Shown: piece after piece, positions 40,201-55,200 of the stretch
How positions within the stretch are numbered: position 1 is the stretch's first letter
Layout of the letters: the number at the start of each line of letters is the position of its first letter
Source: Phoronis australis
Taxonomy: Eukaryota > Animalia > Phoronida
NCBI GenBank assembly: GCA_002633005.1
Contig: NMRA01000093.1
Location: 886,505 to 950,504, forward strand
Reading direction: 5' to 3'
Length of the DNA: 64,000 bases
Position numbers and translations under genes: made by a program
The notes under the pieces: model-generated
What the model was told of the DNA's origin: nothing
The model's database searches: none
What the model saw: only the letters and a program-made list of their open reading frames with translations

Positions 40201-43200
40201 AGCTGTGGCAGTGTGTTCAACCTGGATGCGGAGTGGTGATGTCCGCGGTCATGCGGCCGGGTTCCGGTTATACGGATGCTTCATGCGTTAATACTTATAT
40301 TTTACACTTAGCGATAACAACCTTTCGTCCTGAAGATATTTTCCACTAGTTGGTATTTGATAAGAAACAGGCTGTCTGTCATGAAATCTCATGAAGTTAA
40401 TTAAGTGCAAATTTCATCCTTTCCTATGACGTACAACTATCTCAACAAAACAGTTTATGTTATATAACAATTCCGGGACATCTTGTGTTGTTGTTTATTA
40501 TGCCACTGACCAGTGCCCACTCATAATGAAACCCTACATGTATATCCAAACAGCTGTCCAGACCCCATTCATGTTTAGGAGCTGAATGAAATCACCGGAA
40601 CTCTCAATATTGTTGTTGTTTTGCACTCACAACCCACACATAATTCTATCCACTATATATATTGTAGCTAGAGTTAATAAATTTGTGTGTCAGTAGCAAC
40701 TCAACCACTGTGTTTTTATGCTGCTCTCCATCGACTTGTTGTTGCTACCTTGTTTGCCAACTATCTACCGTTCAACCAAGAACCGGGTAACCTCAACTAT
40801 ACTATCACGACCATCCCCACGCTAGTGGAATCCGTGTCTCCACATTACTGATATTTCCATCACTGTCACTCATCGTTGGCCGTAAGCTGCCTAACAAAGT
40901 TGCAAGAGACCACCGCTACAGGTACATGTATCTTACTTTTCCTTGTCTAATATTTTCGCAAGATGTCAGGAGAGTGACTCAATTTTACTTAATTATTGTG
41001 ACCGTGTATGTTTGTTGTACTGTTTAAATTGTTAACTCCCTGTTAAACACGCTAAGCCCCGTGGAAAAGGCGTCTTTGTTATTCAACAGTTCCGGAATGA
41101 AACTCACTTACGACTTACCAGCAAATCTGCTATGGCGTTCATTATAAGAGAGGATTTATATGAACTTCGTGCCCACGGATTTCGTTTGGATTAACTTTTA
41201 GGCACTGACCGTTTCATTAAATTTGTTCTCACCATCTAAAAAGGGTTAAAAATGTGTGCTACTTTGTCTTTAAGTTGACAAGTTCTAGCCAAAAAATACT
41301 TTGTGACTTTCAATTCAGGAATAATGACAGAAAGGTAAGAGTTTTACTAAAAATGAACAGTTCACCATTAACTTCAAACACTACTGACTCAGTATAAAGA
41401 TATTTTTTAAATGAAAACATTAACGAGGCAAAGATATAATGGTGTGGTATGACATTATCGTAAGCAACGACTTATGTACACACAAAAAATTGCAAGGGTA
41501 ATCGAACAACAGGGCTAGAAACATACTTTGAGGTGCACTTCAAGAGTGTTTTCGACCAAACATTCGCAAACTATGCTTAGTTAAGCTTCAAACATCACTG
41601 CTCTAGTGTTAAGATATTTGTAAGAAGGAAACCTACACTGTGACACTAGTACAAGAAAAAACTCGTGAACTCCCAAAAAACCTTCAAAGGGTAATAATAA
41701 AAACGAGTTAGAAACGTGATTTTTCGTAGACTTGAAGATGTTTTGTGGATCTCAGTTGCAAAGTTGCGTGTGAGATACAACTTACAGGTGCAAATTGCAT
41801 GAATCTTTACACCATTGTGGTCCGTCTTAATTCCCAAGTTTTAAGAAACGAGCACACTTTGGTCCGAGGAGAGATCCTATTTTCTGTTTTCCCTAATGCT
41901 CAGCATGCAGGAGATACAAGTATTTTGCTTAATGGAAAAATGACAATGAGGATACAAAGAGATCATCTGTGGCGGAAGTTGATAGAACAAAACGGGCGAC
42001 AAAGCAATGACTACCAAAATATATCTTTTAGGACACACCCTCAAACCAATGCTGTTTATCAAAACACCTATGCTAAAATTTCTCACCAACTTGTTTGCAC
42101 ATGATCTTAAGAAATGCCGGCTTCGAGTTAATAAAAACGATTCATAACTCTCCGATTTCATAGGATTAGGTGACGGTTTGTTTTCAACAATGTTGTAGCA
42201 ATTTTTTAGTTAAGAAAACCTAATTGAGAGAATGAACTAATGCCTGATTACGACAGTAAATTCTGCTTCAGCCACAAGGAAGTGTAGATGGCGACATTCG
42301 TGAGATATCCGGGTACACTAGCGTAGTGACATACTGTACATTGTACATGCAGACCGACACTGACAATGGACAGCTAAGTTGTTAGGCACAGTGCCAGTGG
42401 TAGTTACACTTTAAAGGCGAAGGCAACCTTTTTCCATGTCATTTTGAGCTAAAATAAGGTTGATTGGTTATCCTAGACATATTTTCCACTTAATTACAGC
42501 TTTTCGTAATTTTATTAATTACTCGTCCGCTACTCCGGAAGTGACGTTTTAGGAGGCAAGCATTTCGCGCCAATTTCTTTTCATATAGTCTGACTGTGAG
42601 GGCTGCCGAGTCAGTCATTGTTCTACCTCGGTTGTGTTAAGTTCCGTCGTCGTTTGCTTTCATTTACTAGTCAGTCAACATGCCACACTGTTGCTGCGTA
42701 CCACGATGTACTAATTATCGGCTCACGCACGCTTTGGGAGTACCTTTGCATCGCTTTCCAATGGATGACACACTTCGCCGTACTTGGCTCGTTCGTGTGA
42801 AGAACGCAGCGTTACCCGTCCACGCAACGTACAAAGACTTGGAGAATTACCGTGTGTGTGGCAAGCACTTTTTGCCGTCCGATTACGAAAGGGATTTGTA
42901 CGCTGAACTGATGAAAGTCCCTGCGAAACAACGTCTGAAGAAGGATGCCATTTCGTCTGTGTTGATTCCCGGCAGTGCCCCGTCGCCACCCCCGAGAAGT
43001 GTGTTTTTGAAGCGAGAAGCCTCACGAGCTGTGGCCAGTACAGTGACTGGAGCCAGTGGAGGCACTTCATCTACTGTCACCCGTGCCTCCGAACGTAACC
43101 CAGAGCGTGCAATTCCTGGAACCAGTAGTGATTCGCCCTGTGCTGTTTTCTCCAGCCCAGAGCCTCTAAGCAACCCTGCAGCGATATTGAGTAGTGGGAG

Positions 43201-46200
43201 TGATTACAGGCTCAGTTCGACACCCAGTGAAGAGGACAGTTCGTCGTCCAGTGAACAGATCGGTGAGCCAAACTTTGATAAGTTTATTGTGGACTTGTCT
43301 AAAGTGTTGGAGCTATTTANCGCAGAACCAAGTGGCGGGAAACGCTTGCCTCCTAAAATGTCACTTCCGGAGTAGCGGACAAGTAATTTATAACATTACG
43401 AAAAGCTGTAATTAAGTGGAAAATATGTCTAGGATAACCAACCAACCTTGTTTTAGCTCAAAATGACATGGAAAGAGGTTGCCTTCGCCTTTAAGATAAA
43501 AGTCTATCACTGAGATGCCGTATTGAGCAATTATACATTCCTCATTATGAACGACAAAGGAATCAATTCTAAGTAACCTACTTTCTTCGCCAACACCGCC
43601 GCCGCCATCACAGAGGTCGCAGGTTTTGGTACAATTCTCCGCCATGTATTCTTTGTATTGTTCATTTGTACAGTAGCCTTTTGCAGCCAAATCCTCACAG
43701 TCTGTGCTGCTGTCTGTGCAATCTGCATAATAGAAAGAAATTGATTGGACAATTTTCCTGACGATAACTCACTGATAAAGCGAGTGTAATAAACACCAAA
43801 TCTAAACTTGACGAGTTCTAGCCAAAAACAAGATATTGTGAGTTTTGTTTCGGGAATGCTGAGAGGAACTTAAGGGTTTTTACTAAAAATCAACAATTGG
43901 TGTTTTTTACAAATCCTCGATAAGTCACTTGTTATAAAGGCAAAAGCAGGACTCAGCTTAAAACTCTTAGCCCCTATTTCGCAAATTGGCCATTATGGTC
44001 CTTGGCAGATTTGTCTTTTCCCAAAGTTGCCGGTAATTCGCTAAAAGCGTATGTCAGTTTTGCCAACTAGCACACTTTGAAAGTAGTTTTCAAATTTTCC
44101 TCCAAACTTCTGAGGGTTTCCGAGGATAACAGAGCATTTTTTGTTTCCGAGAACTGGACAGGAATGCCAAATAGGCCAAAACCGGGTTTTCTAATCATTT
44201 TAAAATTACCGATCTAATATTAAGTTATTTGAAAAAGGTAAACCAAAGCCAGACACAAACCCAATGCAACATTGTGAAAATAAGGTATGCACAAACTGAT
44301 GAATCCACACAGAACCCATAAAGGTTACCATTACGACAGGTTTAGTAATGTACTTATAGTACATTTACCGACTTTTGTGGATACAAAGCGCAAATCTAAC
44401 TGTAAAAAATGTCATTGTCTCCATGCTGCAATGACATGCGTGTCTAGCAACAAGTGTTAGCGACTCTTTGTTTGGTGACATTTTCTAATCATATATCTGA
44501 AGAGATAATGATTAGGTAATTTAGATAGAAATAAACTTTAGATCATTAATTTAGAGGCGTTCCATGAAAAATCTTTGTTAATTTTTAATTATGCAAAAAA
44601 ATACCTTGTAATTTACACTGTGCGTATATCAAAGCTATTATATCAGGGAAATGAAGTGCAAACTACAGAGGAAAGAAACTCGGGCGTTTGGACGAAGACC
44701 ACAAGTGTGCTGAGTATTTCGGAACTTAGGTGAGACTTTATACATGTAGGTTGTAGCCAGAAGCTAAATCACTTATTACAGCGTCAAGCGATCAAGCTGG
44801 TACTTTTGCAGTGATCAATAATTGAGGATGGAACAATTTTATCCTGACACTCGGTTCTCAAAAAGTTTCGGATCTCGTCGCTTATCTTCACACCAATTTC
44901 CCATCTACGACACATGAATTGTCCCCCACTCGTGGTCACGGTTTCATTAAACAAGTTTTACGAAGTGGGGCACGTGTTGCTCCGATATGCACCCATAACT
45001 TCTTTGTTGACGCAAGCTGCACAAACAGCTTACAGTCGCCTTAATAGATACACCGGCGGTGAGGGTACTAATACGTCACTGATGGCATGAAAAGACGCCG
45101 ATAAGCCGATTACTGAAAGAAACATATCTTTCCGGTCAAGACGAATATGGTCAAATAAATATTGTTCGGCGAGCAGAATTCGAGAAGAATTTACCACAAA
45201 ATTGCTAGCGAATTGTCCGGAAAAATCCTAAAGTAGGAATATCAATCAATGCTTCATACAAGGTACTTATCGGTTACATGGTATAATCCAAACAAGAATT
45301 AACGGGTGATTAACATATAGAAAGTCTGAATAAATCATCTAAGAATTTCACAATGTGTGCATGTACACGAATTAAACGGGGATATGCATTGATGAGATAC
45401 TGCTGCAGGAGTACAGAAAGCGTTTTCGCTAGGTGACCTAAAGAGAGCGTGGAGACCAATACTGGATCTGAACAGTGATTTAGGGTTCAAACACAAAGGC
45501 AATGTTGGGATATTGAAATAGAACTATGCATCCCAGAGCTGACACGTTATGTGACTTTGTATTACTAAATTTAAACAAAACTAGGAACCAATTCTAAGTA
45601 ACCCACTTTCATCGCCTCCGTCTTCACAGAGATTGCAGGACTTGGTACAGTTCTCCGCCATGTATTCCTTGTATGGTTCACTTGTACAGTATCCTTCTGC
45701 TGCCCATTTTTCACATACTGGGCTGTTGTCCGTGCAGTCTGCGTATGAAAAAAAAGGTTGAATGGAAAATGCTAACGATGCCATTTAACGCGTTCGTGCA
45801 ATGTATTTTTGAACTTTTCAAGGTTTTAGTCCGTGTGTAATAACTTTATCAAATCTAAAGAAGTACTTGAAAATAGCAGAGGAATTTTGTATTTTAAACA
45901 CAATGAATGATTTTGGGGTTCCTCACCACGTGATGTCATCAGTGGAAGATGTTGATCAGTTGACAGTATAGATGCAATGGCAGACAGTAGTGATTTTTTA
46001 AGTTACAGAAACTTAATGAGAGAGAAAACGGTATTATTTACATTACACAATAATAATACATTGATTAAAATTTGATTTCAATTAGGATGCCTTCTAAAGG
46101 TTATTGAGCGAGGTTCGCGAGTATTATGAAGACAGGTGTTGAGATGGGGGCAAAAACGTCACTTAAATGAAACAGCTAGAGTTAGACCTCGTCATGTTAG

Positions 46201-49200
46201 CAGACTTTGCGTGTTTGAGGCCGTACAAAATCGACCCTCCCGCGAGTGAAGTGTTCAGACCGGTAAGAAAAGCCTTTCTAGTGAATCTCGAGTTAATATT
46301 AGATTAACATAAGTGTCGAGTAGTACGTGTCTCGAACTGTTAGTCCAACTGAATTTATTATACCCTGGCTGTTAAACTCCAGTCGTGAACTGCGGACACT
46401 GATATCATTTCTTCGAATATCGATGTTGATTGTATATTATTTCTTGTACATGTAAGTGTCAATTCGTTTATGTCTTGTCTGTTCCAAAATTATGAAAGGT
46501 TTGTACCATTGATATTCTTTGATTACTTCGGTCCAGTGTCCGACTCCAGGGTCTGTTGCAGCTCCGTCGTGACATATACAATCCCATTTTGCTATTGGGC
46601 ATTGACAAACATGTTGACAGCAAATCATTTCCACAAAATCTCGAACAAGAACTTACTGCAATCACGTTCACTTTTATAGTCACAATTTGATGCTAAGGCT
46701 TGTGCTCCAGATGTGCCTGACAACTACGTTCCCATCGATGGCATAACACAATACACTTTTCCTCCTTAAAATGGATTTACACGTTGGAGAAAACTTCATC
46801 AGATCTATGTTTCTGAGCACAGCTAGCTTCTACCGTGTACTGCCATTCCCGTGTCTCACGCACGAACCTGTGCCATTTCTGGGAGATCTCAGGATTTTGG
46901 AAACGCACAAACTGTAATTGTTGGCTGATTGCCATTACTGCATCACCCGCACATTCAACTTTTCATATTACTACGGCTCGCGGCTGGTGCAGAACAACAC
47001 AGTGGCAGAGACTGGCTATTCTAATGACGTCACACAATCTTTGCGTTTAATACTTTATTAAAAGGACACAGATTGAAAAAGAAATTCCTAAAATATCTTA
47101 TCAAACTTATTGGTAATCGAAATCAAGCATTTATGACCATGGTGTGAAGGGCTGAACCAATAAGGCGATCGCATCGTGCATTCAATTTCTTGCGAGAAAT
47201 CCTAACAATCATTTTCATTTTGGGATGTGCTGAGACGTTAGGTGCCGTTCATTAAATTCTACATTTCACACTTAATTGACTTCAAATATTATTAATCCAG
47301 ATTTTTTGTAAAAATGGAACATAAACGGGATAAAGACTCAATATTACTCTGTGATATTGGCATAACCAATGTCTTCTGGATACACGTAATACTTGCAAGG
47401 GTCATCTGGCAGCCGGTGCAAGAAACGCTTTTTGTAGTAGAATTGCAGATGCTTGATGGTTCACAATCTCAAGTACATGTGTTAGTGTAAGATACGTGAT
47501 TCAGGCACCTACAATGTACGCCTACTGGAGAATCAGTGTCGCGGGCGCAGGTGTGCTCGCTGAGCCTCTTCGACATTCACAAAAGAAGACAAGAAAACGA
47601 ATCCTATAGAAACTCTTAGAGATGTCAAAATCACCGTGTAGTTTCATTCTCGGCGTTCAATTTGAAGATAAAAATTGACAAAAATGAATTTCAAATTAGG
47701 GAATGAAAGGTGCATGTCAAAATGTGTGCTGAACGCTTACGGAACATGATTAAAGACAGCATTTAGCGGCTAAAACACCTTTTTGACATCAGAAATGTAT
47801 GTATTGTTCATAAAATATTGTTTCTGCTTCTTACGTACCACAGAAAGTAAGTAATTGCGCCGCAAATTACACCGCTCATAATTCGTAGTCCCTTCGAACG
47901 CCCCAGAAAAAAATTTCAACAAATCAGGGTAAAGTGGTTCAGATGACATCACCGTGCCCTCGAAATTACTCGGAAGCCACACTGCGTAATAGCTGAGTGC
48001 CAATGGATATTCTGTACTTGTCGACCACTGGGCTTAAATGCCACGTTGCGTGGTGTACGTGAGTACCATTGTCAGCGGCAATGGTATACATGTACATTTG
48101 CACAACTTCTCCACCGATCCCACCGTGTACCATGCGTGGAGATGATTCGTATCCACAAGGACTTCGACAAAATTCCCGATCAGCAAGATCTGTGCTAGAG
48201 TAAGTACAAAGATGTACACAAAATCTACAGCGTGGCACCGATGTGGGTAGAAATGACTGAAAAAATGACACAAAAGTAGTGTCATTAGAAGCTACCAGTT
48301 CTCCTTTGAGAAAACCAAATTCGTTTTAACGAAGATGGCATAAACTTCGATTGGTGCAAGCACCATCTCAATTTTTTGTTTGGCGCTAAATGGGGCTACT
48401 GTATTATAAAAGGCTTACTTGATAAAGGACTGGGATATGCTATGACACAGTATGTTGGTATTTTTCATGAAGATACGTATTTTAGATATAAAAATAGTCA
48501 TTTTGGCACCATATTAGGCCTTTAAGACCTCATGCAGACTGTTTTATGAACGCGTATTTGTAGCCTAGAGTTTATCTGGTGATTAAGCTACCAAGGTCTC
48601 AGAGATCAATGCTTGATTACAAAATAGCAAATGTCTGACCCGTGATGCCCAAAGGTTTTACATTCCTTAGTCAATATGTCACTAATCCTGAAACCAGTCA
48701 CAGCCTCGCGGTTACATTATTTGTATGAATTTGATGAGGTGGGCACGCGTGCTACGAGGTGAACTCCTACTTTCTGAATTGCTCTGTGCAGTGCGTGTGG
48801 CTCACTTCCTTACTTTAGTCTGAAGACGTTGCGATGCCTCCTCCACACGGTCGTCATACAGATTCCTGTCGTTATGATACGTTTCAGTCATAAACCTTGC
48901 ACTTCCTCTAACGTTTGGCCACCGGAGCTTATCAGACTCCGTTTTGACGGTTGATCTGTTGCTGAAACACCATCTGCTCCCACAACCACGATGAAGGGAC
49001 CTCAGCGGCTGTCGGCACGCTCCTCAACAACACCTGAGATTTCCAGAAATGCCGAGAGCCTTTCATATCTCTCTGATCTTCGTAATGAGAAAAGAATACA
49101 GGCACACCTAATCTAGACATGGAAGCAAAACACTAGATAGAACAGTGCTGCATTCGGTCATTGCACTTCAGTAGCTTCAGTTTCCAGACCTTCATCACCC

Positions 49201-52200
49201 TTGACCCCCATGAGACAGTGAGCATAACTTACACTGATTCCTGAGCAGAATTGCACAATATGACGACATCTGGATATAGGGTTGTAACCACTATTAGATG
49301 CAGAGCTGACCCTGTGTATTGTTGTCAACGGCCATACAACATTTCCGTATCAGTGGAAATTACTCGCATCTTCCAACTGCTTGGAATGCCTTGGAAACCT
49401 TTTTGTGTTGGTGCCTCACCAAATCAATTACAATTGAAACATATTTCAAAACCTTACCAATTCTTTTATATATTTTCTTTCGTAATTGATGCACTTTAAT
49501 TTGACAGCACGTGTTGAAGAGTTTCAACACTTCCACATCCCTTCCACCAGTAGCCCCCTTCTCGTTTTCGCAATTGACTTCGTAGTACAAGGAAAATGAT
49601 AACGCTCTACCGAAATAAAATCTGTTGACGAAATTTCCTTTTGGCAATCACGGCTTTCTGATATTGTCCAAGACCCTAATACCAACAGCAAAAGCGTTCA
49701 TTTTCGTTCATTTTCGTCCCAAACCTCTGCTAAAACCAAGATCCCCTTACCTTTTACAGAAGCTGATGAGGCCTTTTAAAGGGGATTGTGCCCAATTCGT
49801 GTCGACCTCGGACTATACTCCACATGTAGTTTACAGCTACATGAAGCTGAATCCATAAATCAGCACTAAATTGATAATCACGTTTAGAAAGTGATCGTAC
49901 AAAACTTTTCCGATAAATCAACGTCTACCAAAATGTATCTTTTCGGTCAAGATGGATTGTCAAATTTAAATGTCTCGGAGAAGTATTCGTCATCAATCTT
50001 TTTGCGTGAAGTCCAGATATGGCAGCTTCCGGTAAGTAAAAATGAAAACGCTTTCGGAAGTGACCGTTCGTACTAAACAATGAAGCAACATTTTCAAGCA
50101 TAGAAGGCGTAATCCAATATTGAATAAATGGCGGATTACCATACACTGTATAAAAATACTGAATCAGCGTTGTAAAAAGTTCACCAAGTGCGCAACGAGT
50201 AGCTAGAGATGTTACAAAGCCATTGAAGAGATACTGCGGCAATAGCACAGAAATGCGACCTATTTATCCCAGAGCTGAAAGACTATGCGATTCGTATTAT
50301 CAATTTTAAACAATATGGAATTTAGTTACTCACTTTCACCACCACAGCGCTTACAGGCCTTGGGACAAACCGTATCCATCAAAATCTTGTATTTCTCCAC
50401 TGTACACGAGCCTACAGCAGCCCAAAGGGTACATTCTTCCATTTTGTCCTCGCATTCTGCGTAATAGAAAGGGATTTGCTGAAAACTATTCCTGACACCA
50501 CCGACAAAATGCGCTTATTGTACAATGAGATTAAACATTAAGCATGCAAATTCAAGCCAGAGTTTTTGTGAATTGGTGTTTGTGGTTTGCAGAGATGAAA
50601 AGAAAACAACAATTCGTGTATAAATTGACTTCAAAATTACTGATATAGCATTCACATACATGTAATTGTAAAACTGAACGCGTAAGTGACAAACTACAGT
50701 ACGTCCTGCTGCGACGTTATCATTCAAAATGATTTATAAATTCACATAACACTTGTAAACAAAAACTGACAACCGGCGCTAGAGATGATTTATATGCTAC
50801 ACGTTAAGCTGGTTTGTGATTTTTAATTGCGACTTTAAACGGTTTACAGTTTTTGTACTCACTTTCAGGGCCGCCAATGCAGAGCTCGCAGGCTTTGGGA
50901 CAATTCGCGTCCATGTATGCCTTGTATTGTGAATTTAGACATTCGCCTACACCAGCCCAATAGCCACAGAAGGGGTGTCTGTTCTTGCATTCTGCGTAAA
51001 GAAGAGGAATATGCTGGGCGTATTGCTTTATAATAAGATATTACGCGTGAAAGATCAAGCTAGAAATCATTCGTTGTGATTGCTGAGATGAACAGAAAAC
51101 GGCAATTCGAGTTTAAACCAAGATGATATAGCATTGACATAATAGTAAAACTGAAACGTAAGCGACAAAAAGCATAACGTTCTACTGCGGTACTAGCAAA
51201 CATTACGGTTTATAAATGTTAGATGGTTATTTTTGAAAGAACTATCTGTCCCAGACCTAAACAATTAAGTAACTTTAAATTAACCTATCTCAACAATGCA
51301 AGAGATATTTCTAAATTACTCACCACACAGATCGCAGGCTCTAGGACATTTTTTGGACATGTATGTATTGTATCTTTGATGTGTGCAGTAGCCAAGATCA
51401 GCCCAAGCCTCACAGTTATTGCTTCCGTCCTGGCAATCTGCGTAACGAAAAGGAATCTGGGGAAAAGTGTTTTTGACGCCATTCCACAAACAAAGAGAAC
51501 GTATTGCGCTACAAATCATACGAATGCAAATTTTAGCCAGAAATCCATTGTAAAATTGAGGAGTTTTTGACTAATACTCTAGAAAATAGAACGACGTTTG
51601 GCAGAAATTACAACGTATTCCGGATCCAAGTCTAATAATCAAAAATATGTATTCTACATTAAGCATAACGTATGTAAGCTCTAGCTAAGAATCAGATGAC
51701 CTGAGCATCATACTGTAAGTGCCGAGATGAAGTTAGATCTGTAAACTAAAATTGACAAATTATTTTCAAGTTTACCTCAAACACTAGTGATATATCATGG
51801 AAACTTGAAAAAATTGAAAACCAAGTGAGACAAAACACAATCTTAGTCTGCGACATTAGCATACATAATGACTTATAATTACACATAAAAATGTCAAGGG
51901 CAATCTGGTAGCCGGCCCCAGAAACGTGTTGCAATTGTCGCAACCTTTTTCATATCATTTTACTAATAGTTGATTATCCCAGACATATTTTTCATTTACA
52001 CACCGGTGACCTAAAGTCGTGAATATAAGCATAATAAGGAGTTGATTGTCATACTACCCAATTTCCGTTAGCAACTGCTCATGTGATGTCATGGACATAT
52101 ATAAGCCTTTACAAATATACGTGTTTTGACAATCTTAATCCTTGTTTGTATCGGTAAGCAGAGTTTTAAAATGGTGTCTGATATCGCCGGCCATTTTGAA

Positions 52201-55200
52201 TGAGGCCCTAAAGTCGTGAACGTTTCGTTTAGACGGAAATGCACGAAGTATGATCACACAAGTCAACTACAGTGCTAACAGTTACTCTAGATGACATCAA
52301 AATGCATTGCATTGTTTATTGATTCAGTTTCAATTGACATAAATTGTTATACGTTTTGCACCCAACTTTGATGTGCACAGACGTTTTCAGTGAGGTTGTT
52401 AACGTAAATCGCTAAGAATCCAGCATAAATTATCACTCTATATTTTATTGCTTTGGTCTTACAAAGCTTGACCGACCCTGGGACATTTTGGTACATTGTA
52501 CTGGCCACCCCTGGAGCGCGTGTTTGAGTAAATCTGAACGATAAATATTTTCGAAAACATATCCCAAAAATGCAAAACAAGTGATTTAGCGAAATATGCT
52601 GTTTTTAAGATACATTCGAAAAAAGAAGCCACTCACTCACTGTTGTTATCATATTGTGAATACGAACACGTCCGGGTATTCGTTTGACGGTCGTAAGCAG
52701 ACGAACGCTGGAAACTTCAACGCCAGATGGCGCAGGACATCGCAGAAGAGGAAATAAGATCGTTAACGACTTTAGGGCACTCACGACTTTAGGACCTCTG
52801 ACGGTAATTGACGTTTAGGGGGTTAATTTGTTTTCGCATAATCTAACTGTGTGACCTGTCGAGTCAGTCATTATTTTATTGAGTTTGTTTATTATGAGTC
52901 AGTCAACATGCGGCACAGTTGCTACATTGCCGGGATGTGCTCATCATCGTCTCACGCGCACACTGCAGTATGCCACTATATCGCTTTCCCAAAGATGACA
53001 CACTCTGCCGCACTTGCCTCGTTCGTGTGAAGAACGCAGCGTTACCTGACCACGTAATGTGCAAAGCAGTGGAGGATTACCGAGTATGTGGCACGCATTT
53101 TCTGCCGTCGGATTACGAAAGATACGTACAATACGCAGAATTGATGAAGCTTCCTGCAAAACAACGCCTGGAGAATGATGCCATATCGTCGCTATGGATT
53201 CCCGGCAGTGCTCCGTCACCACCCCCGTGAAGTGCATTTTTGAAGCGAGAAGCTTCGCGAGCTGTGGCCTCTTCAGTTACTATAGGACCTTCATATACTG
53301 AGACCCGTGCCTCCGAACGAACCCCAGAGCGTGCAATTTCGGAAACTAGCAGTGACTCGCCCTTTGCTGGTGTTGTCGGCAGCCCAGAACTTGTAAGTTG
53401 CCCTTCAGGAATGTTGAGTAGTGGGAGTTAATACAGGCCCAGTTCGACACCCAGTGATGAGGACAGTCCAGTCAACAGTATGTCACGCACGTCACTGTGA
53501 AATGGGTCGCCAGCTCCAGCCATGTACAGGTTACTACAAACTAAACGATCTCTAAAACCAACGTCAGTGAGTTCTCTAACAACCTTGCTTGCCGTAGGCT
53601 ACTCATCGATAGGAAGTGGTGACAACAACTTTCAGGGAACCACCATGAAAGGAACAGTAGAACAGATCCTCGCAATAAACGCAGGAACAACATGGCGGGA
53701 TTTTCCTAACCTCCTTAACGTCAATTCCGGTGTAGGGCACGACAATTTAATTAAATTACGAGATGCCGTAATTAACTGAAAATATGTCTGGGATAGTCAA
53801 CGAACCTTATTTTAGTAAAATGACATGAAAAAGGTTGGCTTCTTCTTTACAATGTTTGGTGAGTTCCAAATGGAAATCTACGTGTAAGATACACCCTACG
53901 AGCACCAGATTACACTGACGAGTTACTATCTAAACACAATAGAGTCGACAGACCACCAGCAAGTAGGATGTTTACCTCAATAACGTTGATCAATCAGTGT
54001 CCCGAGGCGGACGAGTCCACATTTCTAAAATATCACAAAAAAACAAATCCCACAAAAAACATTGCCTGATTGCACAAAATAACTCCCACTATTTTCTCAA
54101 GTACAGAGGTTATAGTGATTAAACCTGAAAGATGAAGCAACTTTCAATTGCTTAATTTGAACGACATAGGAATTAATTCTAAGTCACTAACCACAGAGAT
54201 TGCAGGTTTCGGTGCAATTCTCTGCCATTTTTTCCTTGAATCGTTCGTCTGAACAGTAGCCAAGACGAGCCGAGTCCTCACAGGCTGTGTCTTTGTCCTT
54301 GCAATCTGCGTAATATAAAGGAATTTAATGAAACCTGTGTCTGACGTCATTTCACAAATCAAACGAGCCTGTTAGACACTTATTGAGTATATGCAATGTT
54401 ATAATTTGGGCAGAAGTCAAGAACATGGTCAGATGGAATGTGGTAGTTGAAGTGTACTTAAGAAATAACACAACAGATACGACTAAGAAATACAATGTCA
54501 GAGATCTGTGCGTTAGTACGAGGATCGGTCAACAGGACACTCATTCAACAAGAGTCCTACAGCATGGATAGGAGATATGTTAAGGTTAATTAATTGACCT
54601 TATCCCTACAGAGGGTGATATCGTACACTGTACTTACATTCCAAGTGTACTTAAGTAACATCAGGTTCCACTTGCATTAATGACCGATCATTAAATAAAA
54701 TATCAATTACTGGATTTAATCACGTCCTCTCCATTCACGCACAAACAAATGCATAGCTGCCTATTAAACTAAACATACACTAAACTTATGACATCTGCCT
54801 TGGGCCTTCAAATTATCGTGGTAACGGAGTCCCGTTACATCCTGTGCACTTTTATGAATCAGTGATTTTTGAGATGGCCTCAAGGTCTCGTGTTCTCCAG
54901 AATTACATTACACAACCAATCAGGTCAGTTTGTTTTTCAAGCACCGTTCTGACATTGGTGCAGTTAGGTCATGACTTGGAGAACAGGTCCATCTATTCAT
55001 CTAGAGGCTCATCCATTTGACCAAAGAAATTTAAGGCAGACCAGGCCACGTGTCCGATTGCTTTTATAAAAGCCTGCGAATCAAAATGCTTTATTGATAT
55101 GTCAAATATTGCAATGGTCATGATTTTTCTCCAAAGGACTTCTTACGGACAAAGCGGACAGTCTAGTGATCATCGAGACCATTTTTCGCTATCTTGACAG

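Noticed and set aside
43321-43375. C-terminus of the 231-aa THAP ORF
   Set aside because: It reads across the N gap into the right TIR, so it is not a genuine protein end.
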